Source: Gemmatimonas sp. (GTDB lineage Bacteria > Gemmatimonadota > Gemmatimonadetes > Gemmatimonadales > Gemmatimonadaceae). Taken from it: a stretch of 44,566 bases of DNA. Where the stretch lies: contig JANNVQ010000039.1 of NCBI GenBank assembly GCA_031414535.1, positions 1 to 44,566 on the forward strand, in the 5' to 3' direction. The position numbers were made by a program, and so were the translations under genes. The notes under the pieces were generated by a model. The model was given only the letters and a program-made list of their open reading frames with translations, ran no database searches and was not told the DNA's origin. Within the stretch, counting starts at the first letter, position 1; each line of letters opens with the position of its first letter. This document shows, piece by piece, positions 9,678 through 18,126 of the stretch.

Positions 9678-10979
9678 CTACTCCGCCTTTCCGCGGAGCG
9701 CACGAAGCTTCCTACTCCTCCGGCTGTTGCTGCTGCCCACCACGAGGTCATCAATGCCCACATGGTCGGGGCTGCTCTCGTCGTCGGGCACGCCACGCGC
9801 GGCAATGAGGCTCAGCAGTGGTGGGGTGAGGAAGGTGGTCACGATCACCATCAGCATCAGCGCGCCGAAGCGCTCATCGCTGAGGACGCCAGCTGAGAGA
9901 CCGAGTTGCGCGAAGATGAGGCCGACTTCACCACGCGGCACGAGGGCGACGCCCACGAGCAGCTTATTGCCCTTGAACCACCAAGGCGCGAACCCGGCGA
10001 TCACCTTGCCCGCCACGCCAACCACAATCAGCAGGCTCCCGATAATCAGCGCTTCCCGCGTCATCAGCGCCGAGAGATCGATGGACGCGCCCACGGTGGC
10101 GAAGAAGATTGGCACGAAGAAGAACCCCATCTGCGTGACGTTCTCCTCGATCTCATGCCGCTGCGGCGTCGGATGCAGGATCAGTCCCGCTGCGAAGGCA
10201 CCGATGATCATCGCGGAGCCCGCTTGCGTGGCCAGCAAGGCAAGGACGAGTGCGAAGCCAAACGCGGCGGTGCTCAAGGTACCCGAGACGCGCACGCGCT
10301 CAATCAACCGGAACAGCGGCGGGATTGCGACGCTCCCGAGCGCCAAGGCCACGACGACGAAGCCGATCGCTACGCCAGCAATCTTACCAATGCCGAGCAC
10401 CGTGAGATCCGCACCGGCGACCATCGAGGCCACAATGGAGAGGATGATGAGACCCACGACGTCATCGAACACCGCGGCGCCGATCACGACCTGTCCTTCC
10501 GCGGATTTGAGCCGTCCGAGGTCCGAGAGCACGCGAGCGGAAATGCCAATAGATGTGGCCGTCAGCGCTGCACCGATGACAATCGCCGGCAGCGTCTCGG
10601 CGCCCATCATCGTGGCCACGCTGAAACCGCCCACGAACGGCAGGACCACGCCGACCGCGCCCGACACGAGTGCGGTGGAGCCGACCTTGGCCAAGGAGCG
10701 CAGGTCGGTGTGCAAACCGATCTGGAACAACAGAATGAGCACGCCAAGTTCCGAGAGCGCGTGCACTACGGGATCAGCGGGATCCAGCAGCTTGAGCGCC
10801 GAGCCGCCGAGGGCGACACCCGCCAGCAACTCACCGAGAACGGCCGGCTGCCCCACCCGTTGCGCGAGCGCACCGATGACCTTGGTCGCGACGATGATTG
10901 CGACGAGCACGAGCAGGAGATGCTCAAAGCTGTACTCGCCACCGGCGACGGCGGTAAGAGAAAAGAAAGAAGGCATCAT
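9678..10979 (-). CDS. Cation:proton antiporter, CPA2 (Kef/NapA-like)
   Basis: 'GQPAVLGELLAG', 'LLFQIGL', 'ATSIGISARVL', 'AAVFDDVVG', 'PRGEVGLIFA', with about 12 TM segments. Confidence 0.9.
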   Translation of the reverse strand: MMPSFFSLTAVAGGEYSFEHLLLVLVAIIVATKVIGALAQRVGQPAVLGELLAGVALGGSALKLLDPADPVVHALSELGVLILLFQIGLHTDLRSLAKVGSTALVSGAVGVVLPFVGGFSVATMMGAETLPAIVIGAALTATSIGISARVLSDLGRLKSAEGQVVIGAAVFDDVVGLIILSIVASMVAGADLTVLGIGKIAGVAIGFVVVALALGSVAIPPLFRLIERVRVSGTLSTAAFGFALVLALLATQAGSAMIIGAFAAGLILHPTPQRHEIEENVTQMGFFFVPIFFATVGASIDLSALMTREALIIGSLLIVVGVAGKVIAGFAPWWFKGNKLLVGVALVPRGEVGLIFAQLGLSAGVLSDERFGALMLMVIVTTFLTPPLLSLIAARGVPDDESSPDHVGIDDLVVGSSNSRRSRKLRALRGKAE

Positions 10980-11114
10980 CACGCATACTATACGCGAGGT
11001 GATGCCCTTTCGTTCACTCGGTCCTCAATGTCGTGTCACTCAATCTTCACTCTGCGCACAATGGCTCGCATATAAATAGGAAGATTCGACTCCGTCGACA
11101 TCCGTCATCTGTGC

Positions 11115-13094
11115 TTAGCGGGCCGCCTCACCCTCGAGATACGTGTATCCCTCGAGTCCCGCCACATACTCGGCGATGAACATGTTCGCTTCGTCGCGCG
11201 TGATGTCCTTGGCGCTCTGCACTTTGCGACGGAAGGTCGCCAACAAGTCGGATGCGCGGAACTCCACGTAGTCGAGCACTTCCGTGACCGTGTCGCCGTG
11301 CACGAGGTGCGTCACCTCATAGGCATCGCCGCGCAAGCGGATGTGCACTGCGTTGGTGTCGCCGAAGAGATTGTGCAGGTCACCAAGAATCTCCTGATAA
11401 GCTCCCGTGAGGAAGATGCCGAGGTAGTAGGCCTCGCCATCCTTGAACACATGCAAGGGCAACGAGGGTTGGCCATCGCGCCCGCCGATGAAGCGGTCAA
11501 TCTTCCCGTCTGAATCGCAGGTCACGTCCTGGATGGTGCCGCGACGTGAGGGCTCCTCGTCCAAGCGATGAATCGGCATGATCGGGAACAGCTGATCAAT
11601 GGCCCAGTTATCCGGCAGGGACTGAAAGAGCGAGAAGTTGGCGAAGTAGCGGTCCACGAGCGCGGCGTCGAGATCGCGCACGATGTCCTCGAACTTGTCG
11701 CGCTTGCCGTTCACAACCTTGGCCACGGCGTTCAGCGCACAGAGGTAGAACTGCTCGGCGAACGCGCGCTCCTGCAGCGTGAGCACGCCGGAGTTGAAGA
11801 GCTGCTGGGCGCGCTCTTTGTCGAAGGTCGCGTCGTGGTAAATCTCGTGGATGCGACGCATCGAGAGATTCTTGCGTCCCAGCGTCTTCAGGTCCTCGGC
11901 CATCTCGTGCAGCAGTGCGTGCTCGTCGTCGCTGATGACTGGCGGCACGGGATTGTTGGCCGACTCCACGTCAATCACGCTGATGAGCATGAGCGCGTGA
12001 TGAGCCGTCAACGCGCGTCCGGACTCCGAAATAATGTGCGGATACGGGAGATTCTCCTCCCGACAGGTCTCGGCCAAGGTGTACACGATGTCGTTCGCGT
12101 ACTCCTGCGCAGAATAATTCATGGACGCCTGTGACGTGCTCTGCGAACCGTCATAGTCCACGCCGAGTCCTCCGCCGACGTCCACGTAGGAGATGTCGAG
12201 ACCGAGCTTGCGCAGCTCGACGTAGAAGCGGCTGACCTCGGTGAGACCGCGCTTGATGAAACGGATATCAGTAATCTGCGAGCCAAGATGGAAATGGATG
12301 AGCCGCAGCCAATGCGACTTTTCCGTGGCGCGTAACCGTTCGATCACCTGCATGAGCTGGGCCGCGTTGAGTCCGAACTTGGACTTCTCGCCGCCCGACT
12401 GGGCCCAACGACCTGAACCCTCCGCCGAGAGCTTAATGCGCACACCGATGGTGGGCTCAATCTTCATGTCCGCCGCGACCTGAAAGAGCACCTCGAGCTC
12501 GCTCACCTGCTCAATCACCAAGATCACGTTGTGGCCGAGGCGCTGCCCCATCAGGGCGAGGCGCATGAACTCCTCGTCCTTATACCCGTTGCAGATGATG
12601 AGATGGTCCGTGCGGTCGGAGAGTGCGAGCACGGCCTGCAGCTCGGGCTTGGAACCACACTCAAGGCCCACACCGGTCGCGTGTCCGAACTCGACAATCT
12701 CCTCAACAACGTGGCGCTGCTGATTGACCTTGATGGGATACACCGTGGTGTACTTTCCCTCGTACTCGAACTCGGCGATCGCGTTGGCAAAGCGCTGATG
12801 CAGCATCTCGATGCGCGCCTTCAAAATGTCAGAGAAACGCAGGAGCACGGGCAAGCCCACGCCTTGGGCCTCGAGATCGTGCGCGAGTTCAAAGAGATCA
12901 ACCGTCTGTGTCGGCGAGTCCTTGTCGGGACGCACGACCACGCGGCCCTTTTCGTTGATGTCAAAGAAGCCATCGCCCCAACCCTCGATGTTGTAGAGGG
13001 TCTTGGCGCGGTCAACGGACCAAGGCGCGGGCTCGGGAGCCGGCGGCTTGGGTGCCGGGGTGACCGGCGATTCGGGGCGGGATGTGGAGGCCAT
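11115..13094 (-). CDS. speA: Biosynthetic arginine decarboxylase
   Basis: YPIKVNQ (PLP lysine), GLECGSKPEL, CNGYKD, HFHLGSQ, DVGGGLGVDYDG, TCDSDG, GAYQEILGDLHNLFG. Confidence 0.96.
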   Translation of the reverse strand: MASTSRPESPVTPAPKPPAPEPAPWSVDRAKTLYNIEGWGDGFFDINEKGRVVVRPDKDSPTQTVDLFELAHDLEAQGVGLPVLLRFSDILKARIEMLHQRFANAIAEFEYEGKYTTVYPIKVNQQRHVVEEIVEFGHATGVGLECGSKPELQAVLALSDRTDHLIICNGYKDEEFMRLALMGQRLGHNVILVIEQVSELEVLFQVAADMKIEPTIGVRIKLSAEGSGRWAQSGGEKSKFGLNAAQLMQVIERLRATEKSHWLRLIHFHLGSQITDIRFIKRGLTEVSRFYVELRKLGLDISYVDVGGGLGVDYDGSQSTSQASMNYSAQEYANDIVYTLAETCREENLPYPHIISESGRALTAHHALMLISVIDVESANNPVPPVISDDEHALLHEMAEDLKTLGRKNLSMRRIHEIYHDATFDKERAQQLFNSGVLTLQERAFAEQFYLCALNAVAKVVNGKRDKFEDIVRDLDAALVDRYFANFSLFQSLPDNWAIDQLFPIMPIHRLDEEPSRRGTIQDVTCDSDGKIDRFIGGRDGQPSLPLHVFKDGEAYYLGIFLTGAYQEILGDLHNLFGDTNAVHIRLRGDAYEVTHLVHGDTVTEVLDYVEFRASDLLATFRRKVQSAKDITRDEANMFIAEYVAGLEGYTYLEGEAAR

Positions 13095-13227
13095 AGGGAG
13101 TGAAGAATACGGGATTTCCCGCGCTGGGGGTACTCGCGGGCGAAAATGAAAAAACGCAACTTCGAGCGGCCGCAACTCGTACGGCGCTCAGCCCCCACCG
13201 TAACCCGATACGGAGCTCGTCCAGATT

Positions 13228-14130
13228 ATGAAGAAAATTTTGAAGTATCTGGCAGTCACACTCGGCGTGGTGTTCCTCCTTGCCGGCGCAGGAGTGGCCG
13301 GCCTCTACGCCTGGACCAACAAGGAACTGAAGGTCACGCTCGAGGACCCGACGCACGCGTTCGTGGCGCCCAGCGACTCGGCGTCCATCGCGCGTGGCGA
13401 GCACGTGACCAAGGCGCTCGCCAAGTGCGCCGATTGTCACGGCGCAGATTACGGCGGTCTCGTGATGCTGGACGACGCGCCGATTGGGCGCCTGGTTGCC
13501 CCGAACATCACGAACGGGCGCGGCAGCGTGGTGGCTAATTGGACCGATGCGGACTACGAGCGTGCCATTCGGCACGGTGTCGCTAAGGACGGCCGCCGAC
13601 TGATTATCATGCCCTCGCACGAGTACCAGCTGCTCTCAGATGAGGACGTCGGCGTCATCATCGCGTACTTGAAGACGGTGGCTCCGGTGGACCGCGAGAA
13701 TCCGACCATCAGCCTCGGGCCGGTGGCGCGCGGGCTGTATGCGGCGGGCAAGATGCCGTGGTTCCCTGCTCTGTCCGTGACGCACCGCAGCGAAGTCGTG
13801 GCGTCGGTCGTCCCCGACAGCACCGCGGCCTACGGTCGCTACTTGGCGAGCGGCGGCTGCTCGGGTTGCCACGGAGCGAACTATTCGGGTGGGCCAATCG
13901 CCGGTGCTCCGCCAGAATGGCCCGCCGCGGCGAACATCACGCCCACCGGCCTCGCGATGTACGACTATCCGGCCTTCGTGAAGGCGCTCACCGAAGGAGT
14001 AAGACCGGATGGCAGCACCCTGCACCCTATCATGCCCGTGCAGGCCACGAAGCTCATGACGCCGCTCGAGATGACGGCGCTTTGGAAGTATCTGCAGACC
14101 GTGTCGCCGGCGGAGACTGGTTCGCGATAA
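13228..14130 (+). CDS. Membrane-anchored diheme c-type cytochrome
   Basis: N-terminal TM helix and two duplicated domains with CADCH and CSGCH, each followed by '(P/A)NIT' and an 'MP' distal Met. Confidence 0.85.
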   Translation: MKKILKYLAVTLGVVFLLAGAGVAGLYAWTNKELKVTLEDPTHAFVAPSDSASIARGEHVTKALAKCADCHGADYGGLVMLDDAPIGRLVAPNITNGRGSVVANWTDADYERAIRHGVAKDGRRLIIMPSHEYQLLSDEDVGVIIAYLKTVAPVDRENPTISLGPVARGLYAAGKMPWFPALSVTHRSEVVASVVPDSTAAYGRYLASGGCSGCHGANYSGGPIAGAPPEWPAAANITPTGLAMYDYPAFVKALTEGVRPDGSTLHPIMPVQATKLMTPLEMTALWKYLQTVSPAETGSR

Positions 14131-14132
14131 TT

Positions 14133-14276
14133 GCTGACGGCCTTCACCACGAAGGCACGAAGGGAGCCGCAGCAATCTTTCGGCCCCGCGACGCCAAAGA
14201 AGACTTTTCTTCTTGGGGTCGCGGGGCCGAGAGCGTGCAGGGAACCCTTCGTGCCTTCGTGGTGAGCGCCGTCAGC
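14133..14276. repeat. Nested inverted-repeat element (REP/MITE-like) between convergent genes
   Basis: Perfect 21-bp IR TCACCACGAAGGCACGAAGGG (14144-14164 / 14245-14265), inner 13-bp stem (14180-14192 / 14218-14230) and outer 9-bp IR (14133-14141 / 14268-14276). Confidence 0.85.
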
Positions 14277-17193
14277 GGTTCAACTGATCACGCCCACGCT
14301 CAAGGAAGGGAATGCCGCGCCGCATCCACTCGGGCGCTGGTGCTCCAAGCAGATGGTGCGCGAAGAACTCCTGCATGCGGCGGTCAATGTCCTTCTGATT
14401 GGCATACTTTCGCGGGTTGTGGGCATCGCCGTTGTAGTTGAGCATGTAGGCTTCCTTGCCCAAGCGACGCATCGCCACGAAGTACTCGATGCCCTGATAC
14501 CAGGGCACGGCGCCGTCGGCGTCGTTGGCCATGAAGAGCACCGGCGTGGTCACGCGGTCCAAGTAGAACAACGGTGAGTTCTCCATGTAGCGCTCGGGAT
14601 ACTCCCAGAGTGATCCACCGATGCGGCTCTGGCCACGCTCGTAGTTCACGATGGCGCGCTCGACGCCGCTTTCCCAACGAATGCCGCCGTACGCCGACGT
14701 CATGTTCACCACCGTGGCATTCGGAACCGCGGCCGCAAAGAGATTCGTCTGCGTGATGATGTAGGAGGTCTGGTACCCTCCCCACGATTGGCCAGAGATG
14801 CCAATCTGCCGCGGATGCACGAAGCCTTGCGCAACGAGCGATTGCACGCCCGGCACGATGCTCTTGGTGGCGCTGGGTCCTGGGTAGCCCGGCGTGTAGA
14901 AGATGTCCGGCATGAACACGATGTAGCCCAAGCTCGTGTAGACCGAAGGATTGATGATGTTGCGGCCAGCCGGACGGTGATACGTGTGCAGGCCGTCCGA
15001 GGACTGCTCGTAGAAATACACGAGCATGGGGTACTGCTTGCTCGCATCGAAGTTCTCCGGCGTGTACAGCAGGCCCTGCAGCGGAACACCATCGCTGTTC
15101 AGCCACTTGTGGATGCGCACATTGCCCCAGCGGTAATCGCGCTGCTCAGGCATGGCGTCTGAGATCTGGGTGAGCTGACCGAAGCTCGAGCCCGTCCACA
15201 GGTTGGGATACTCGCGGAAGTCGGCGCGAGCGATGAGGTACTGCTCCGCATTGCGCGCGCGCTGCAGCACGGGCCAGGTCTTGGGCGCCATAATCAGACG
15301 TTCTGGTGCCGCATTTCCGGCAATGCGATCGCGATAGATGCCCGCGTCCTTGCTGCGCTCATCGAAGGCGCGGAGCAACACGGGCTGCGCAGGATCGATG
15401 AAGTCCACATCAGGGTCTAGATCAATGGTGCGGAACACCACGCTGTCGCGGCGGCCAGCGCCGTCCGTCAAGTTGCGCGCGGCGCGCGCGCCGGTGGGGT
15501 CAACTTCCCATACATCGTAGCGGTCATACACAAGCACCGCCGCGTCATTCGTGGTCCAACCGCCCAAGCCCCAAGGGCCTGGCTCACTCGGCGTGTCGTG
15601 CGTCTCCTGTGCGAAGGACACGCCTGTCACTCCAGCGGTGAGTTGGCGCGTGCGGTTGGCCATCACGTCATGCACCCGGTGGGCTCCGTTCTCCCACCAG
15701 GTTACATACTTCGCGCCCGGCGAGAGCTGTCCGTTGCCGCGCACCTTCGTTGCAATCTGGCGGCTCACACCGGTAAGCGTGTTGATCACGTGGATATCGC
15801 TGCCGCCTTCACCCGAGATGGCATCCATCTCGTAGGGGACGCTCGTGTTGGCCACGGCGGTGCGTCCGTCATCGGACAGCGTGATGTTGGGCATCAGGGG
15901 CGAGCCGAGTACGCGCATCTGCCGCGTGCCCACATGAAACACCGCCGTATACTGACGATTGCGGTCCTGGGCTGCCTGCAGCTTCTGCATCGGCTGGGGA
16001 CGAGCATCGCGCCAATGCCAGAGATCCACCACGGCTTTGTCGGCGAGCGAATCGGCGGGAATGGAATCAGGCAGCATGCGCGAGAGCCCGAAGCTGAGCA
16101 CGGCGCCCGTCTTCGCGAACTCCACTCGACTCCGCTCGGCGACCTGCATGCTATCGGGCATCTCTGACGCGGCAACAATGCGGGTGGCCGCCTGCGGACC
16201 GGACCGATTGCGCACGCCCGTGAGCGCCGCGTGATATACGGCGTAGCGCGCCGTCGCGGCCCCCCAAGAATCCGCGTCGGTGATGAACGCGAGCTGCGCA
16301 CCCGTTTCATCGAAGGCCAGCGAGCGATAGTTGCCCGTCGCCTTCTTGAGAACGGTTTCGGTGCCGGTGGCGAGATCGCGCAGATAGACGCCGTCAATGC
16401 CGAGCGAGTCGGCGCCGGCGCGCGCGTACGCGAGCCACTTCTCGCTCTGGTGCACGCTGTAGTTGCTCACGTTCTCAATACGGGTCTCGGTGCCCGTGGC
16501 GAGTTCACGAATCACCAGCTGACTGCCGGAGTCTTTGCGACGTGCGGCCGGGCGCGCTGGCGTGCTGTCAGCAGCAGCGGCGGCGGCGGCGCGAGCGCCG
16601 CGGGCCCCTGCTCCACCAGCCGCTGCGGTGTCGGCCTCCACTTGATACACGACGAACCGCCCACCATCACGTCCCAATTGGAATCCGCGCACTTTCTCAA
16701 TGCTCGTCACGCGCCCATCGGCGAGTGAGAGAATGCCGAGTCCCGTCTTCGGTTGATCCGCAGGACGTGTACGACGCACGCGCGCCGAGTCGAGCGCTCC
16801 TTGCGTGGGATACTGGAGGAACACCACGAATCGCGAGTCGCCGGTAATCTGTGCGGCCTGCGCAGCGAACGGCTGCCCACTCACCGATTGCAGCGGCCGT
16901 CCCGTGCTGCCACGTTGGGCGCGATGCTCGGTGCTGCCGCTCGTCGAGCGGACGACGAGTTGGCCGTCACCCATCGTTGGCGACAGCGTATAGACGGCCC
17001 AGCGGCCGTCGGGCGAGAGCGTGGGCTGAAGGATGCCCCGCCAGCGATCGTAGGTATCCTGCGTGAGGACTTTGCGCTCCGCCTGTGCGGCAAGGACAGC
17101 TGGCAAGAGCGCCATCAGCGCGAAGGCACGAACAGTGACCGTTCGGGTGCCTTGGGTCGCTGCTGGTCGGAGGAAACGAGAGAGCATCGTCAC
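14272..17193 (-). CDS. S9 family (prolyl oligopeptidase/acylaminoacyl peptidase-like) secreted peptidase
   Basis: Signal peptide, beta-propeller region, GQSWGG nucleophile, 'NDADGAVPW' Asp and 'GDAHN' His. Exact start uncertain. Confidence 0.9.
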   Translation of the reverse strand: MTMLSRFLRPAATQGTRTVTVRAFALMALLPAVLAAQAERKVLTQDTYDRWRGILQPTLSPDGRWAVYTLSPTMGDGQLVVRSTSGSTEHRAQRGSTGRPLQSVSGQPFAAQAAQITGDSRFVVFLQYPTQGALDSARVRRTRPADQPKTGLGILSLADGRVTSIEKVRGFQLGRDGGRFVVYQVEADTAAAGGAGARGARAAAAAAADSTPARPAARRKDSGSQLVIRELATGTETRIENVSNYSVHQSEKWLAYARAGADSLGIDGVYLRDLATGTETVLKKATGNYRSLAFDETGAQLAFITDADSWGAATARYAVYHAALTGVRNRSGPQAATRIVAASEMPDSMQVAERSRVEFAKTGAVLSFGLSRMLPDSIPADSLADKAVVDLWHWRDARPQPMQKLQAAQDRNRQYTAVFHVGTRQMRVLGSPLMPNITLSDDGRTAVANTSVPYEMDAISGEGGSDIHVINTLTGVSRQIATKVRGNGQLSPGAKYVTWWENGAHRVHDVMANRTRQLTAGVTGVSFAQETHDTPSEPGPWGLGGWTTNDAAVLVYDRYDVWEVDPTGARAARNLTDGAGRRDSVVFRTIDLDPDVDFIDPAQPVLLRAFDERSKDAGIYRDRIAGNAAPERLIMAPKTWPVLQRARNAEQYLIARADFREYPNLWTGSSFGQLTQISDAMPEQRDYRWGNVRIHKWLNSDGVPLQGLLYTPENFDASKQYPMLVYFYEQSSDGLHTYHRPAGRNIINPSVYTSLGYIVFMPDIFYTPGYPGPSATKSIVPGVQSLVAQGFVHPRQIGISGQSWGGYQTSYIITQTNLFAAAVPNATVVNMTSAYGGIRWESGVERAIVNYERGQSRIGGSLWEYPERYMENSPLFYLDRVTTPVLFMANDADGAVPWYQGIEYFVAMRRLGKEAYMLNYNGDAHNPRKYANQKDIDRRMQEFFAHHLLGAPAPEWMRRGIPFLERGRDQLNR

Positions 17194-17268
17194 GGGCGGT
17201 TCAGGGTTATCTTCTGCGGACGTCTGCCAATGTACGCGCTCGTCCCCCCAGCCGTTGCCCGCGTCCTC

Positions 17269-17826
17269 ATGAAGCGACTCGTTAGCTATTTCCTGAGAGG
17301 TCTCATCCTCACCATCCCGCTCGCGGTCACGATTGCCGTGTGCTGGATGACGCTGAAGACGATTGATGGCTGGCTCGGACTCTCCATTCCTGGTGCCGGC
17401 CTCCTCATCACGCTCGCCGTGATCACGCTCGTTGGGTTTCTAGGGTCCAACTTCCTGTGGAACACCTTGGTGGAGCGGATGGAACATCTGCTGGACCGCC
17501 TCCCTTTCGTGCGCATTCTGTACAACGCCACCAAGGACCTGCTCGACGCCTTCGTGGGCGAGAAGCGGCGGTTTGATCGTCCCGTGTTGGTGGCGCTGAG
17601 TGGCGATGGTGCGGTGCGCACGTTTGGCTTCATCACGCAGCAGTCGCTTGAGAAGCTGGGGCTCGCGAACGACGTGGCGGTGTACTTCCCGCAGTCGTAC
17701 AACTTTGCGGGTCAGCTTATTGTGGTGCCAGCGACTCGCGTGACGGCGATTGATGCGCCGAGTTCCGATGTGCTGGCGTTCATTGTCTCTGGCGGTGTAA
17801 CTGACGTGCCGCACGCGAAAAGCTGA
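17269..17826 (+). CDS. DUF502 family membrane protein
   Basis: 'YFLRGLILTIPLAVT', 'RLPFVRILYNATKDL', 'FGFIT', 'VYFPQSYNFAG', 'FIVSGG'. Start MKRLVS at 17269. Confidence 0.88.
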   Translation: MKRLVSYFLRGLILTIPLAVTIAVCWMTLKTIDGWLGLSIPGAGLLITLAVITLVGFLGSNFLWNTLVERMEHLLDRLPFVRILYNATKDLLDAFVGEKRRFDRPVLVALSGDGAVRTFGFITQQSLEKLGLANDVAVYFPQSYNFAGQLIVVPATRVTAIDAPSSDVLAFIVSGGVTDVPHAKS

Positions 17827-17984
17827 ACGGAGGGAACTGCGGTTCACCACGGAGGCACGGAGGCTCGGAGAACGACGAGGTAACGCTTGGGGGTCCGCAC
17901 CGAATCATCGGTGTGGACCCCCAAAACATTCCCCAGCAGTCTCCGTGTCTCCGTGCCTCAGTGGTGAGGCCGTTCGCCGTTCAG
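17823..17984. repeat. Second nested inverted-repeat element of the TCACCAC-octamer family
   Basis: 28-bp IR with 25/28 match (17844-17871 / 17940-17967), inner 17-bp stem (17887-17903 / 17908-17924) and outer 8-bp IR (17823-17830 / 17977-17984). Confidence 0.85.
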
Positions 17985-17985
17985 A

Positions 17986-18114
17986 TCACGGCCCAAAGCC
18001 CGGAGGCGCCTTCTCATCTGCTGGCGTCTCGAGGACCTTCTTGAAGCACAGGAAGGTGCCGACCCAAACTAAGGTCAGCGAGAACGTCATAAAGATCCAA
18101 CCGAGCGTCGTCAT
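17986..18114 (-). CDS. 42-aa single-TM protein, probable MetS-like small subunit of the NSS transporter
   Basis: MTTLGWIFMTFSLTLVWVGTFLCFKKVLETPADEKAPPGFGP*. Strong AAGGAG SD overlapping the NSS stop codon. Below the ORF-track size cutoff. Confidence 0.8.
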   Translation of the reverse strand: MTTLGWIFMTFSLTLVWVGTFLCFKKVLETPADEKAPPGFGP

Positions 18115-18126
18115 TGTGATATCTCC

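Noticed and set aside
9595..11079. Long antisense or alternate-frame ORFs (also 2252-3451, 18391-19719, 24101-25849 and many others)
   Set aside because: They overlap well-supported genes, have no recognisable motifs, and are expected in high-GC DNA.
10993..11114. Possible Na+/Li+/fluoride riboswitch upstream of the antiporter
   Set aside because: No consensus I could recognise, and a -10 box directly before the start argues for no leader. Only weak degenerate short repeats are present. An Rfam cmscan would settle it.
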